This document shows positions 1-10,770 of a DNA stretch of 19,241 nt, piece after piece. The translations under genes and the position numbers were made by a program. Positions within the stretch are counted from its first letter, which is position 1; each line of letters begins with the position of its first letter. The stretch is from the NCBI GenBank assembly GCA_965233585.1, contig CBDDTI010000174.1, forward strand, positions 1 through 19,241, given 5' to 3'. The notes under the pieces were generated by a model. It was given only the letters and a program-made list of their open reading frames with translations. It ran no database searches and had not been told where the DNA came from. Source of the DNA: a bacterium. Lineage in GTDB: Bacteria > SAR324 > NAC60-12.

Positions 1-1593
1 TATTTGAGACACTTAAAGAAAAAAAATGACTCCTTTCTTTAAGCACTTATTCTATTTTTTTGCATCTAGCGCTAATTCTCTGATACCCCCGGCCCCTAAT
101 TCAATATTGCGTAGGTGCTGTGGTCTGTGCAATTTTAGAATAAAAAAACCAACACTGTTTGGGGGGAAAGGGGCTGAAATGTTATCAAGACTCTTTAAAT
201 TCGAATTCAACTCCTAAGTGTGTCAATTTATCGCTCATTGTCTGCAACAGTTAACTTGTTTTTGCTAAAGTAACCCATGTAATACATGTTTGTAATATCT
301 GCAATCGTTTTATTCTGGCATTCATTTTCTTTTAATGGGAAAAGTATGGCAAGCTACTTATTAGTATGTAATTAACATTTTTTTTTTTTTAATGAAATGT
401 AATGTTGAATGACATACGTGCGTGAAATCGCCGAATTTATGTTAGGGAGCCTGTCTTCTCTATCTTATTTCTCTTCGTAATTGTAAAAAGAACGAAAAAT
501 AGAATAATTGTTGCATTACAAACTACCGATGGTACTTCCAAAGCAGGATATCTTGTAGTAATTCAATCGATCACTGTTAAGTTCTTCAGGAAAATCAACC
601 GGCAACCACGGGCAACCACGGGCAACAACGAATCATCTACTTCACCTCAATTAGTCAAATACATTCACGAAATTAAGAAGGTACAAAGAAGAACTTAGCG
701 AATCGCTCTGCGCAAAAGACAACAGGAGATGGCATATGAGGACAGGTGTAAAATACTTAAATGAAGTCTTTAAAACGAAGAAGGGAATTGCTATCCCTGG
801 TGGAGTGTTATAAGATAGCATTCAATCTATATGTTCTAAATTTCAGCGATTATTTCGAACTGTGCAAGAGCACGTACTACGACGAGATCAAACCATCGAT
901 ATAAGTTACAAACCAAACTCGCAAAATTAAACTGTCATAAGTATTCATTCTTTGTTGAGGTAATCAAGTATTGCAACGATCTTCCATGTAACGTAATCAT
1001 TTTGAACCACATGTCACGAGCTCTCAATGTTTTACCAATGGAAAAGCGTTAAAAATAGAAGAAGTTCAAATTTGCTTTTCTATGTAGATGGCTTAATTAC
1101 CAATGAGAAACCGTTGGAAATTCACGCAGTAAACGTTGACGAGCTCTTAAACGATCGGTTGATATCAAATTTATGTAATTTATGTGCTCAGTAGAATGCC
1201 TTTATCAAAATGATATGCACATGTTACTGTGACGTCATTATGAAGTCATATGCAATGGTAAACCATTGCTTTGGAGTTGGACATTGTAAACATTTAGCCA
1301 TATAACGGTACAATTTACGGCTTTTTGTCAAAATATGACAACTGAGCAAAGGAAATTATGCAGCCACCGTTTCATTGTTAGAATTGCTTTGAATAGAATT
1401 AATGTATACTACCGGTTAATACACATGATGCTCGAATACAGTAGTAAAACTTATATTGGCTCCTCGTGAGTTACCAGCCAAATTTGACCGTGGTTGTTGT
1501 GTTGTACACAACAACCACGGTTTAGAAAATGATCTTCATGCGTGGGAACAGAGTGAGTTAAAATGAAATCAGTTCTTTTTTGGGATGTAAACA

Positions 1594-1870
1594 GCGCGGT
1601 GGCCTCATAGTTAGTGCGCTCGACTCCGGAGTGAGCGGCCCGGGTTGGAGCCCTGGCCAGATACACTGTGTTGTGTTCTTGGGCAAGAAATTTTACTCTC
1701 AGACACTTTACTCTCTCTCCACTCAGGTGTAGAGGTGGGTGCCGGTGAACTTAATGCTGGGTGGTAACCCTGCGATAGACTAGCATCCCATCCAGGGGGG
1801 AGGTAAAATACTCTCAGTCGCTTTATGCTACAGAAACCGAAACCACTTGGCTCGAATGCAGACTTTGCCC
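1594..1870 (+). mobile_element. tRNA-derived SINE (degenerate)
   Basis: 5' head with A-box-like GGTGGCCTCATAGTTAG and B-box-like GGTTGGAGCCC, then a central TGTGTTCTTGGGCAAG...ACTCT segment typical of animal SINE bodies, and a 3' ...GCAGACTTT end. Confidence 0.75.
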
Positions 1871-1875
1871 TTTAA

Positions 1876-2223
1876 GGTCGGCACACACGATGGGACTAGT
1901 CCCTGCGACTAGTCCCTGCAACAAGTCGCAGGGACTTGTCGCATCGTGTGAACTGGCAACTAGTCCCCGCGACCAGTCGCAAGCACCAGTCGCATCGTGT
2001 GAACTGGCCATTTTTGTTTCAGTCCCTGCGACTAGTCCCTTCGACTTCAGTCCCTGCGACTAGTCCCATGAATTCGAGCCAGTTTGAATTCGTGTGACTA
2101 GTCGCAGGGACCAAATTTTGGTCCCTGCGACTAGAGTTTGTGGCAAAAATGGCCAGTTTACACGATGCGACTAGTCCCTGCGACTTGTTGCAGGGACTAT
2201 TCGCAAAGACTAGTCCCATCGTT
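1876..2223. mobile_element. MITE-like non-autonomous DNA transposon between TTAA sites
   Basis: TTAA at 1872-1875 and 2224-2227. Long inverted arms (ACGATGGGACTAGTCCCTGCGACTAGTCCCTGCAACAAGTCGCAGGGAC near 1887; reverse complement ending 2222), built of GACTAGTCCCTGC sub-repeats. The outermost ~11 bp of the right arm is missing. Confidence 0.75.
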
Positions 2224-3450
2224 TTAACCATCCCTCAGCTCCCTCTGTACCATGGTCAAAGGATGAATGCCTTTGCATGTTTAAGGGTTAAAGACACATT
2301 CATCAGAGAACTGAGCTATGCCAAAATCTTTTTATTCAGCAAAAAGCAGTTTACAAAGGCGGAATTTGAGCTTATATAAAATATGATAATGCTATCTAAG
2401 TCTGAAAGACTATTGAAATTGAACATGAAAGTTTAATTCTGGGCTATGAAAAATGATCCAAAATTAAATTGTACGTACATCACAATGATTTGTATAATCA
2501 TCAAAGTCCTGCGTTTTTTCCTCTGCTCCGTTGCTCCTCCCCGTAGCGGAAATAGCCAATATTAGTTCACTTATAACAGCGCACTTATATCAAAAGACTT
2601 CCGATCACTTCTTCAGGAACCAAATAGCAGGATCTACCTTATGTTGCCTACAGAACTTGGTACTATCATTACTACTGTTCGCATTCTTTTATTTTATTTT
2701 TGTATCAAATCAACTTGCAACCTGTCTACATTTGACGCAACTTACTTTCTAGTCAGTTTAGTCACCTAATCGGCCGTTGCTTGCATTGAGCAAAATATGA
2801 ATGAGGCTAGGGATTGATTACTATGAGCTGCTGTAAGTAGAGAAAAGAGGTAGACCGAATATTTTTGAACAAAGTGAAACCTTTGTAATTTGACCGACAC
2901 GAAACAGTTTCTTCTTCTCTCCGTGCTTAAGATAAACGGAGCTAGAAGCTACTTGTTTGTTTGTCTGTTTGTTTTTACTTTTGGAGTCATCGCTCTACTG
3001 ATAACACGAAATGACTCTTTCTAGGTCGTCCTCTTCAGCCTAATCACAAACAAAGTAATTGAGTAAATAATATGACAAAACTAAGTAAAACAGGCAAAAA
3101 GGCGTGCAACATTATGTTTCACTCTTGTTAAAGCCAAGCGTCCTATTTTTTATGACTGCACTGATCAATACAGTTTTTAAAAAAGCGCTTTCAAGCAATG
3201 CGTTTTCCTGGAAGAACATTGTAACCTGGCACTGTGTGTTTTTCCTATCCATAGAAGTAGACAAGGATCAAATTAGCACATGCTTGCTTGAAAGGTCATT
3301 AACAAACTGCTCTATGAGTCAAAGTCTAGCTAATTGCGTTACTACTAAACAGCAATAGAGCATAAGCATACTATACTATCCGCCATTTTAATGCCATTAT
3401 AGCGTGTTAAAAAATATGCTTGTTTCCTTGTAGTCGTTGTTGTTGCCTGC

Positions 3451-3860
3451 TTACTTTTCCCCGGATTTTTTCAAGATGCCCATCTCTTGAAGGCGTAGAT
3501 CATCACAAGAAATACGTATTTCCTGGTTATCAGCACCAACATTTGATATGCCCACCTCGTGGTGGCAAGAGGATCCGTTCGAGAAAGCCACTTTCTCATA
3601 CCGAGCGGGATCTTCCCATATGCTAGTCTCCTCGTGGTTGGCGATGTCTTCCTTTGATGCAGTTTCTTGTAACTGGTATTTTTCAGGGTTTGGAAATGCA
3701 ACTTCAGCAGGCATCACACCTGACCCACGCCTATGCCTCAGCTTTTTGCGGCGATGACAGTAACGAATCAGATAAATGACGATTACAGCAAGGACAGTTG
3801 ATCCACCACATGAAACACCGATGATAAGAGGATAGGGAACCTTACTTTCTTCTGTTGGTT
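3451..3860 (-). CDS. Last coding exon of SEA-domain mucin-like membrane protein (TM helix and cytoplasmic tail)
   Basis: Acceptor ..atatctag|AA, phase 1. Reads EPTEESKVPYPLIIGVSCGGSTVLAVIVIYLIRYCHRRKKLRHRRGSGVMPAEVAF...KKSGEK*: a hydrophobic helix followed by a basic stop-transfer cluster. Confidence 0.85.
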
Positions 3861-3952
3861 CTAGATATTGATAATTAAATTAGATATTAGATATTGATAA
3901 TTAAATTAACCTTACTTTCTTCTGTTGGTTCTAGATACTGATAATTAAATTA
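3838..3952. repeat. ~45-bp duplication of the intron/exon boundary (70-bp offset) with TAGATAT(T) filler
   Basis: AACCTTACTTTCTTCTGTTGGTTCTAGATAyTGATAATTAAATTA occurs at 3838 and again at 3908. Confidence 0.9.
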
Positions 3953-4122
3953 ACCAAAGTAACATTATTAATAAATAAATAAATAAATAAATAAACAAAC
4001 AAACAAACAAACAAAGGAAATATTAAAAGATAAATAGAGGAGATAATGGAGGATATAAGTAGTATATATCACCACTACGGGTTAAATCTTAGGTCATTCT
4101 TGCTGTGGATGCTCCCGATTAC

Positions 4123-4277
4123 CTTCAACGTCTTTAATGATTTTTAGGGATTCTGGATCGACGGACAGAGGGCCCAGGTTGCCGTCCTCTACAGCCTTTT
4201 TCAACGGATTCAAAGCTTTTTCATCTTCCAAAATGTTTTTGAAGAACAGTTGAAATTGCGCTACAACACTTCCCAAC
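4123..4277 (-). CDS. SEA-domain C-terminal exon
   Basis: Acceptor ttcttattag|G and donor GAAG|gtaatc. Reads (R)LGSVVAQFQLFFKNILEDEKALNPLKKAVEDGNLGPLSVDPESLKIIKDVE. Phases 2/1 match the neighbouring exons, and it contains the G^SVV autoproteolysis motif. Confidence 0.88.
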
Positions 4278-4828
4278 CTAATAAGAACAAGAACAGATAT
4301 TAATAAACAAGGTAAGAAATAATCAAACAAACAAAGATAAATATAAGCAGGATTAAAAAGAATATATCAAAATAAAACAATCAATAAATGAATCAATAAA
4401 TCAACAGATTATACAATTCAATAGATTTATCGTTCAATGAAAAAAAAAAGAGATATAGATAGAGGATGAAAGTGACAACAGTAGTGTAGGCTAGTCTAGT
4501 CCAGACTAGTGAACTATTCCATAGGAAAATGGCATTTTTCTCCGGAAATGCCAATGTATAAAGCTCTTACTGATTCAACGTAGAGCCAATCCGAAGAACG
4601 TGAACTATAAAATTGAACTAGCAAAGAAACGTCATCCGCCCAATCTAACACTCGAACGATCAAATTTCTCGAGCGGTAAATCGTCATGTAAGTGATTGAA
4701 CCTATTAATTTCTCTGCTATTGTTAGGAGATGAACAAAAAAAACTTTTAACTCTAGAAAGGGCCAACGGACAAATCAAAATTACCGGAACCTGGTGGGTT
4801 CTGGTCAGCAAATGCAAAGCATAGCTTG

Positions 4829-5238
4829 AAGAAACTGAACTCAGAAAGGCTCAGCCTCAGAAAGGTTCAGTTCACCCCAACCGTACGGTGACCGCACGGT
4901 TGAGGTGAACTGTAATAAATTTCTTTAACGTTATGTTTAACCCACTTATACCTTATGTATTATATTACATTTTATTATCTTGTCATTCATTAGTTTATTT
5001 CAACGGTCTATTTTTTATTGATTTCTATTTGTGTTATTTTGTCATTTATTAGATTACTTCAACGGTCCGCCTTTTATTGTAATACTATAAAGGCTTTTAT
5101 CTTGGTTGTTTAAATTGTAACGTTTTTTCTCAGTTGTAAACATTCCCTGAAGAAGTTAGGCCATGCCTGACGAAATATTGGAAAATATGTTACAGTTCAC
5201 CTCAACCGAACGGTCAGCCTTTCTGAGTTCAGTTTCTT
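4829..5238 (+). mobile_element. Penelope-like element terminal fragment with inverted end
   Basis: AAGAAACTGAACTCAGAAAGGCT...CGGTTGAGGTGAACTGTAA (4829-4915) is an inverted copy of 5190-5238. The two copies enclose an AT-rich tract and a hammerhead-like core. Confidence 0.6.
5143..5183 (+). ncRNA. Minimal type I hammerhead ribozyme-like motif
   Basis: TTCC-CTGAAGA-A-GTTAGGC-CAT-GCCTGAC-GAAA-TATT-GGAA: core boxes CUGANGA and GAAA, 7-bp stem II, stem I TTCC/GGAA, palindromic minimal stem III (AATATT). Confidence 0.6.
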
Positions 5239-5259
5239 TTGTTGGGAGACACTTAACTC

Positions 5260-5390
5260 TGGATGGATGATTGATGGAGGATTGGCTGGATGGATGGATG
5301 GATGGATGGATGGATGGATGGATGGATGGATGGATGAATGAATGGATGAATGGATGGATGGCTAAATGGATGGATAGATAGATGGATGAA
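5260..5390. repeat. (TGGA)n microsatellite, partly degenerate
   Basis: Direct reading of the sequence. Confidence 0.95.
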
Positions 5391-5488
5391 CGAATGACTG
5401 TATGACTGTATGGCTTGCATTAATTGATATGATAAAAAAAATAAATAAATAAATAAATTTTAAAAAAATCATTTTCAATTTTGTGTAC

Positions 5489-5547
5489 CTGAATGATAAG
5501 ATTTCCACTGCAACAAAGTTTTCCTCTTGAGAATACTGTTCAGTAAT
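5489..5547 (-). CDS. SEA-domain middle exon
   Basis: Acceptor tttttgaactcgtag|ATT and donor TTCAG|gtacac. Reads ITEQYSQEENFVAVEILSF(R), phase 0/2, joining 16623-16723 to 4123-4277 in frame. Confidence 0.85.
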
Positions 5548-5943
5548 CTACGAGTTCAAAAACAACAACAACAACAACAAAAAACAAAAACACAAACACA
5601 AACAAATAAAAAAGAGTTACTAACCATGATCGCGTGAGAACATACAATGAATTTTGTATTAAGCGGACCTTATATCGAGTGAACACGTGTTATTAGCAGA
5701 CAGTATACTTTTATTTGACGCGATAGACATCCCCATTAAGGTAGTTCCTTAGTATTGCATTGCGCATCCCTACTGCGCACGATTTTTGCGTCATTAGCGC
5801 GTGCACATGGGCGCGTTTAAGTACAGAACGTCAGAGATTTCCCTCAAACTTAGCTCGATAGCGAAATTAATCATAAAAATTACAATTTCCTCGCTTGCAG
5901 CTGGTTTAAAAATGTCCTATTTTCCACTAATTCGTTTGCCATG

Positions 5944-6033
5944 TTGTTATCGGACAATTTGTTATTGGATAGTTTGTTATTGGATAGTTTGTTATTGGAT
6001 AGTTTGTTATTGGACAGTTTGTTATCGGAAAGT
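5944..6033. repeat. 15-bp minisatellite x6 (TTGTTATTGGATAGT)
   Basis: Six consecutive units with small variants. Confidence 0.95.
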
Positions 6034-6582
6034 TTAATAAGCCAACCACATTCAAAGATGGAGTTTAAATCAACCAATCACATTCAAAGCTGTAATTACG
6101 TATGCGTGCGCGCGCTCTTCCTATTTTTTTTTTTTTTTTTTTTTTTTTTTGCCAGGAACCTTAGAATGTTTACGTCTCCTTTGTCAGTATTTCAATGCAA
6201 ATTTCCCCTTCTTTCGTAACTTGATTATTTTTCTTTTTCTCTAAAACTGTAGTTTTTATGATTAATTGGTAACAGGACTTCGTGTCGGACACCGACAACA
6301 GATGAAATGACCATTTATTTATTATTACTATTTTTCTTTAACACTGTGTTAAACCGTACACTTTTACTTACCAGAAACAAGGTTGGTACCGGAAAAAAAT
6401 GTTAGTTTTAAAACAATTGCTTTAAGATTGGCAGAGATATTGCTACAGTAGTATTCGTTCCAGCATTGAAAGAAGGACTTAGCTAGCAGTGAAGTTGATG
6501 ACTTAGCCTAGAAAATGAGAGAGAAGGAGAGAAAAAAAGAAAGAAAGAAAGAAAGAAAGAAGGAAAGAAAGGAAGGAAGGAA

Positions 6583-6832
6583 GAGAGAAAGAGAGAAAGA
6601 GAGAAAGAGAGAAAGAGAGAAAGAGAGAAAGAGAGAAAGAGAGAAAGAGAGAAAGAGAGAAAGAGAGAAAGAGAGAAAGAGAGAAAGAGAGAAAGAGAGA
6701 AAGAGAGAAAGAGAGAAAGAGAGAAAGAGAGAAAGAGAGAAAGAGAGAAAGAGAGAAAGAGAGAAAGAGAGAAAGAGAGAAAGAGAGAAAGAGAGAAAGA
6801 GAGAAAGAGAGAAAGAGAGAAAGAGAGAAAGA
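6583..6832. repeat. Perfect (GAGAGAAA)~31 array, left flank of element A; preceded by degenerate GAAA/GGAA tracts from ~6516
   Basis: Direct reading; abuts TCGTTTCCC at 6833. Confidence 0.97.
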
Positions 6833-7084
6833 TCGTTTCCCAAAATTTCCGTTCCCTCGCACTTTTCGAACTTTCACTGTCGAGCCAGTGGTCTGTTTTC
6901 TCTAAATCGTTCTGTGAAGTAGTGGAAAGACAAAGCCTTCAATTTTGATTACACGTAGTTTCATTTGGCTGCGTACTCTAGTGTTGAAAGAGTTTTTCTT
7001 GTTATGATGTACTCTTCTATCAGGGAACAGTAAAAGAGAACCAAAGTATTCCTTTCTGGCTCAGGGGAAAAGTAAATTAAACTG

Positions 7085-8560
7085 TAAATATTTATGCATT
7101 CACATTTCCGCTGAATCCGTGAATTCCGTCCTTTCCGGGTCTATTGACGCTGTTTTGTTGGTTCAGTGTTAACACGCTCAGTTCACTAGCACTGCAAGAT
7201 CCAGGCAAACTTCTACTGCAAGACGGGAATGACGGATTTGACGGGTTTAGCGGGGATATGAATATTTAATATACTTACATATTATACTTCTTTACATTAC
7301 TGTAAGTATCTTAAGGGGTATATGAATAATATATTATTTAGATACCCCTTAAGATACTTACAGTAATATAAAGAAGTATTATATGTAAGTATATTAAATA
7401 TTCATGTTTCCGTTAAATCCGTCCTTTCCGTCCTTGCTGTGAGTGTTTAAAGGCTCTCATAGCATTTCCATTACACTGGAAGTTCCAACCCATATACTCT
7501 TCTACTACAAGACGGGAATGACGGATTCGACGGGTTTAGCGGGAATATGAATATTTAATATACTTACATATAATACTTCTTTTTATTACTGTAAGTTTTT
7601 TTAGGGGTATATGAATAATATATTATTTATATACCCCTTAAGATACTTACAGTAATATAAAGAAGTATTATTATTCAACAAATTGTAACACTATCCAAAT
7701 ATGGTCATGATGCTCTCGATATCTGTCATCCGTAGGTAACGTATATCCGGCGATATACGTAGCTTCGTACGTGGGAAGAAAAAGTGACGTGAAAAAATGT
7801 CGACAGAAAGATTTAAAAATGTGACGAGTTTTGTTATCAATTTGGTGAATAATAAAACAATTATCCTGCTCAATCTCGCGGAATATCGTCTGATTTTAGC
7901 CGACTCGGCCTACGGCCTCGTCGGCTAAGTATCAGACGATATTCCGCGCGATTTCGCAGGATAATTGTTAATTATATGTAAGTATATTAAATATTCATGT
8001 TCCCGTTAAATCCGTTAAATCCGTCCTTTCCGTCCTTGCTGGAAGTGTTTAAAGGCTCTCATGGCATTTCCATTACACTGGAAGTTCCAACCCATATACT
8101 CTTCTACTGCAAGACGGGAATGACGGATTCGACGGGTTTAGCGGGAATATGAATATTTAATATACTTACATATAATACTTCTTTTTATTACTGTAAGTAT
8201 CTTTAGGGGTATATGAATAATATATTATTTATATACCTCTTAGGATACTTACAGTAACATAAAGAAGTATTATATGTAAGTATATTAAATATTCATGTTC
8301 CCGTTAAATCCGTTAAATCCGTCCTTTCCGTCCTTGTAGGAGGAAAGCGTCTCTACGAATATTATTGTTTATGCCCCTAAGGATACTTACAGTGATAAGT
8401 TTATACGCAATATCATATTAAATATTCATATTCCTCTAAAATCCATAACGTCCGGCGTTTCCGTCCTTATGTTGTAATCTATTACACTTGATCAGTTCAC
8501 TAACACTGCAAGTTCCAAGCAATATGAACTTCTACTATTGAATGGGGATGACGGATCTTA
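7085..8560. repeat. Tandem array of ~290-bp units, each a ~220-bp loopless palindrome
   Basis: Units begin TTCTACT at 7211, 7500 and 8102 (degenerate at 8530). Palindrome centres AATAATA|TATTATT lie at 7331/2, 7620/1 and 8222/3. Partial arms at ~7085-7140 and ~8357-8468. Confidence 0.9.
7671..7970. mobile_element. 300-bp non-autonomous insertion with terminal hairpin, nested in palindrome unit 2
   Basis: Sister units read GAAGT-ATTA-TATGT; here ATTA is duplicated (7667-7670 and 7971-7974) around the insert. 7856-7969 folds into a long hairpin AACAATTATCCTGC...GCAGGATAATTGTT. Confidence 0.8.
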
Positions 8561-8714
8561 CAGAAAAAATGCTTTAATCACCTGAACTCCTCGCACTTTC
8601 GGCATTTATTCATTTATTTTTTGGCATCTTGCCTTCCCATCAGTGACACTCATTTTCTCGATTACACACAACTTTAGAACTTTTCGAAACTCTATAAACT
8701 AAATGAGAGGGTAA

Positions 8715-8882
8715 AAATCATTTGAACTCGCCGCATCATACGCCTACGACCTGGAGGTTTCAGAGGAGTTGATGCGTAACAGCACGAGAACTACGAGAAA
8801 GAGGTCAAAGCGTCGTGGTCCCAGTCAAGTGGGAGAGAAAAGGCCCCGAAAAACACTGCTCAATTATTTCAGTCAGAAATAG
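8715..8882 (+). pseudogene. C-terminal remnant of a + strand gene (basic NLS-like tract and PIP-box-like end)
   Basis: Open frame KSFELAASYAYDLEVSEELMRNSTRTTRKRSKRRGPSQVGEKRPRKTLLNYFSQK*. Its stop converges on the recombinase stop about 190 bp away. Confidence 0.5.
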
Positions 8883-9074
8883 TAATATCACTTCTTGACG
8901 GAAAGAATATTACTGTAAGAAGTTTAGGCGTAACAAGAGCTGTACTTTATGTGTTTACGTTGAAGCTACATATGACCCAATTGATTGTTTAATGATCATG
9001 TATACTGCAGTTGAAAGATTAATACAGTTTGACGTTAAGACTGACTACTTTTTTTGTACACATTCGTAGTGTTG

Positions 9075-10770
9075 TTAAACTTGAGGCATTTTGAGTCCAG
9101 CCCTTTTCTTTAGAGAATCTACTGTTCTTCCCGCTTGAAATTTGAAATCGGAAACTCTAAGAATGGCGGTCCATTGTCCATATCCATGCCTGTTAATTCC
9201 TTGTTTGAGAAAATCGTCCTCGTCTGCCGTAAATTTCATAACCCGATGAAGTCTCCTCTGAGTTCGCAGATTCTCAGCGGGAATGACCAACTTTCTGGGG
9301 GGAGGCAAGCTTGCTTTTTCCATAGTTTGAACCGACATTGTCGAGCTAGAAGTTGAACCACCAAACCTCGCCTGTAAATCTTCGTCCACCTCTGACCCCT
9401 TGCTTCCTTGAAGCTTTTGTAGACATACGTGAGCCTTCACGGCAACTTCGCGCGATCTCCGCTTTTGATAGTGAACTTTGGCAACCGCAGAACTGTGTTT
9501 CTGGTCTTCCGACAAAATCCTTTGCTCCTCGCTGGTGAGCTGATTGAGGCTTTCCGTTTCAACAATTTGGCGATAACGCGTAGGATGAATGTACTTGCCA
9601 ATTGCATCAAAAACCAGTTTGCTCATAATTTCGCCCAATTTACCATGTTGGCCGCCATTTCTGTTGACAAGAACGAAATCACACTGGGGTTTGAGAAGCG
9701 GTCTGACGTACGAGATGTAGCCATCGAGCACTTGCATGTCTGCATCCGTCAGAACCAAAGAATCAAATCCATACTCTCCAGCAGTCTTGAACGTTTTCTG
9801 ATCAATAAATCCATCCTTCTCTTTAGCTGTAGCAATCATGTCCAGCGTCAAGTATTGATAGGTCATGGGACGTGAACCCTTCACTTTGATGAACACATAC
9901 ATGGCTACGAATTTCGTGGCAAATGTCAAGTCTGAAGGGTTAACTTGAACTGGACTCGATTTGCAAATCTTCACGGTATTTTCGTAGCGCGGCAGATGAA
10001 ATTTCACGACCTCCAACAACTCCTCCATTGTTGCCCAGTGGCCTCTTGCTTCTAGTGTCTCAATGTCGAGATCTCGAGTCCACTGCAATCTCATCATTTT
10101 TGCAACTGTCTTTCGTGCTCTTTTGAGGTACAACTCTGTTGCAGAGAACTTTCGAAGAACTGCCTCCGAAGCGCCGTGAAGTTTTCTGAAGTCGATCATT
10201 TCAGAAATTGCATCTATGTAGCCTAAACGCCCACCGTGTCCAAGCTTGCATTCGTCTTGTAAGTAGTCGATAAACTTGAACAACAAATTTGGAGAACACA
10301 AACTAAAGTCCACCACGTCAAAAGTCAACTCTTCCTCGTCTTCGCAGCAAAATCGCAGAAACTTCAAGCATCTTGTCACTATTTGTTGAGCTGTGCGATC
10401 TTTCTTGCAACCACCGCCACTTCCAGTCAACCATTTCGTAAATACTTCGCCGATATCACACGATGATGAAAACGACGGAAGTAACTTAACAGCATGCTTT
10501 GTGGTTTCACTTGTTTGATGTTGAATTGTGTTCTCCATCGCAAAATCGATTCCTTTCGAATTGGGTTTTTTCGTCAAAATAGAAAAACCAACTGTGCTTG
10601 GTATTAACATGTTTTCTGCAACCTCTTTGACTTTGAAATCCATCATGATCACACTCTTGTATTGGGCAGTGAAATAAACTGTCGGCTTCATCCTTTTCCA
10701 AGTGAAGGCGTTTTGGTTTGGGTGACGCTCCATCGATATCCGACCAATTGACTTTGCACTTCTTGCTCAT
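9075..10770 (-). CDS. Tyrosine recombinase (C2H2 finger + YR + Myb/telobox-like domain), ~564 aa after repairing one +1 frameshift at 10566-10571
   Basis: Catalytic set: R (KGSRP), K (FKTA), HPTRYR, H (DQKH) and Y (AKVHY). N-terminal CPIQEC-x13-HVNTKH lies in ORF 10507-10770 and joins the 552-aa ORF as FDEKPNSKG if one A of an A6 run is removed. C-terminal FTADEDDFLKQGINRHGYGQWTAIL...RTVDSLKKR. Confidence 0.88.

Noticed and set aside
599..632. 11-bp repeat GGCAACCACG(G) x3
   Set aside because: Too short and isolated to assign a function.
5801..6219. ORFs with IVCYW, KLSNN or LLLDS repeats
   Set aside because: Products of the 15-bp minisatellite. The surrounding ~5735-6200 may be a MITE, but I could not define its ends.
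6503..6922. Long RE/K-rich and LSF-rich ORFs (also 15711-16217)
   Set aside because: They are translations of the stop-free (GAGAGAAA)n microsatellite.
9135..9875. Plus-strand ORFs of 61-148 aa
   Set aside because: Antisense shadows of the recombinase gene with no recognisable motifs.
10560..10733. N-terminus of the listed 552-aa ORF (MERHPNQ...), or a programmed -1 frameshift
   Set aside because: The overlapping frame encodes a clear C2H2 finger from a good ATG at 10770. The join needs a +1 shift, and no canonical in-frame X_XXY_YYZ heptamer is present.
9075..10770. Bacterial or phage integrase from contamination or recent horizontal transfer
   Set aside because: The gene is fused to eukaryotic C2H2 and Myb domains, lies inside a spliceosomal intron, and its sister element carries a spliced TATA-driven gene.
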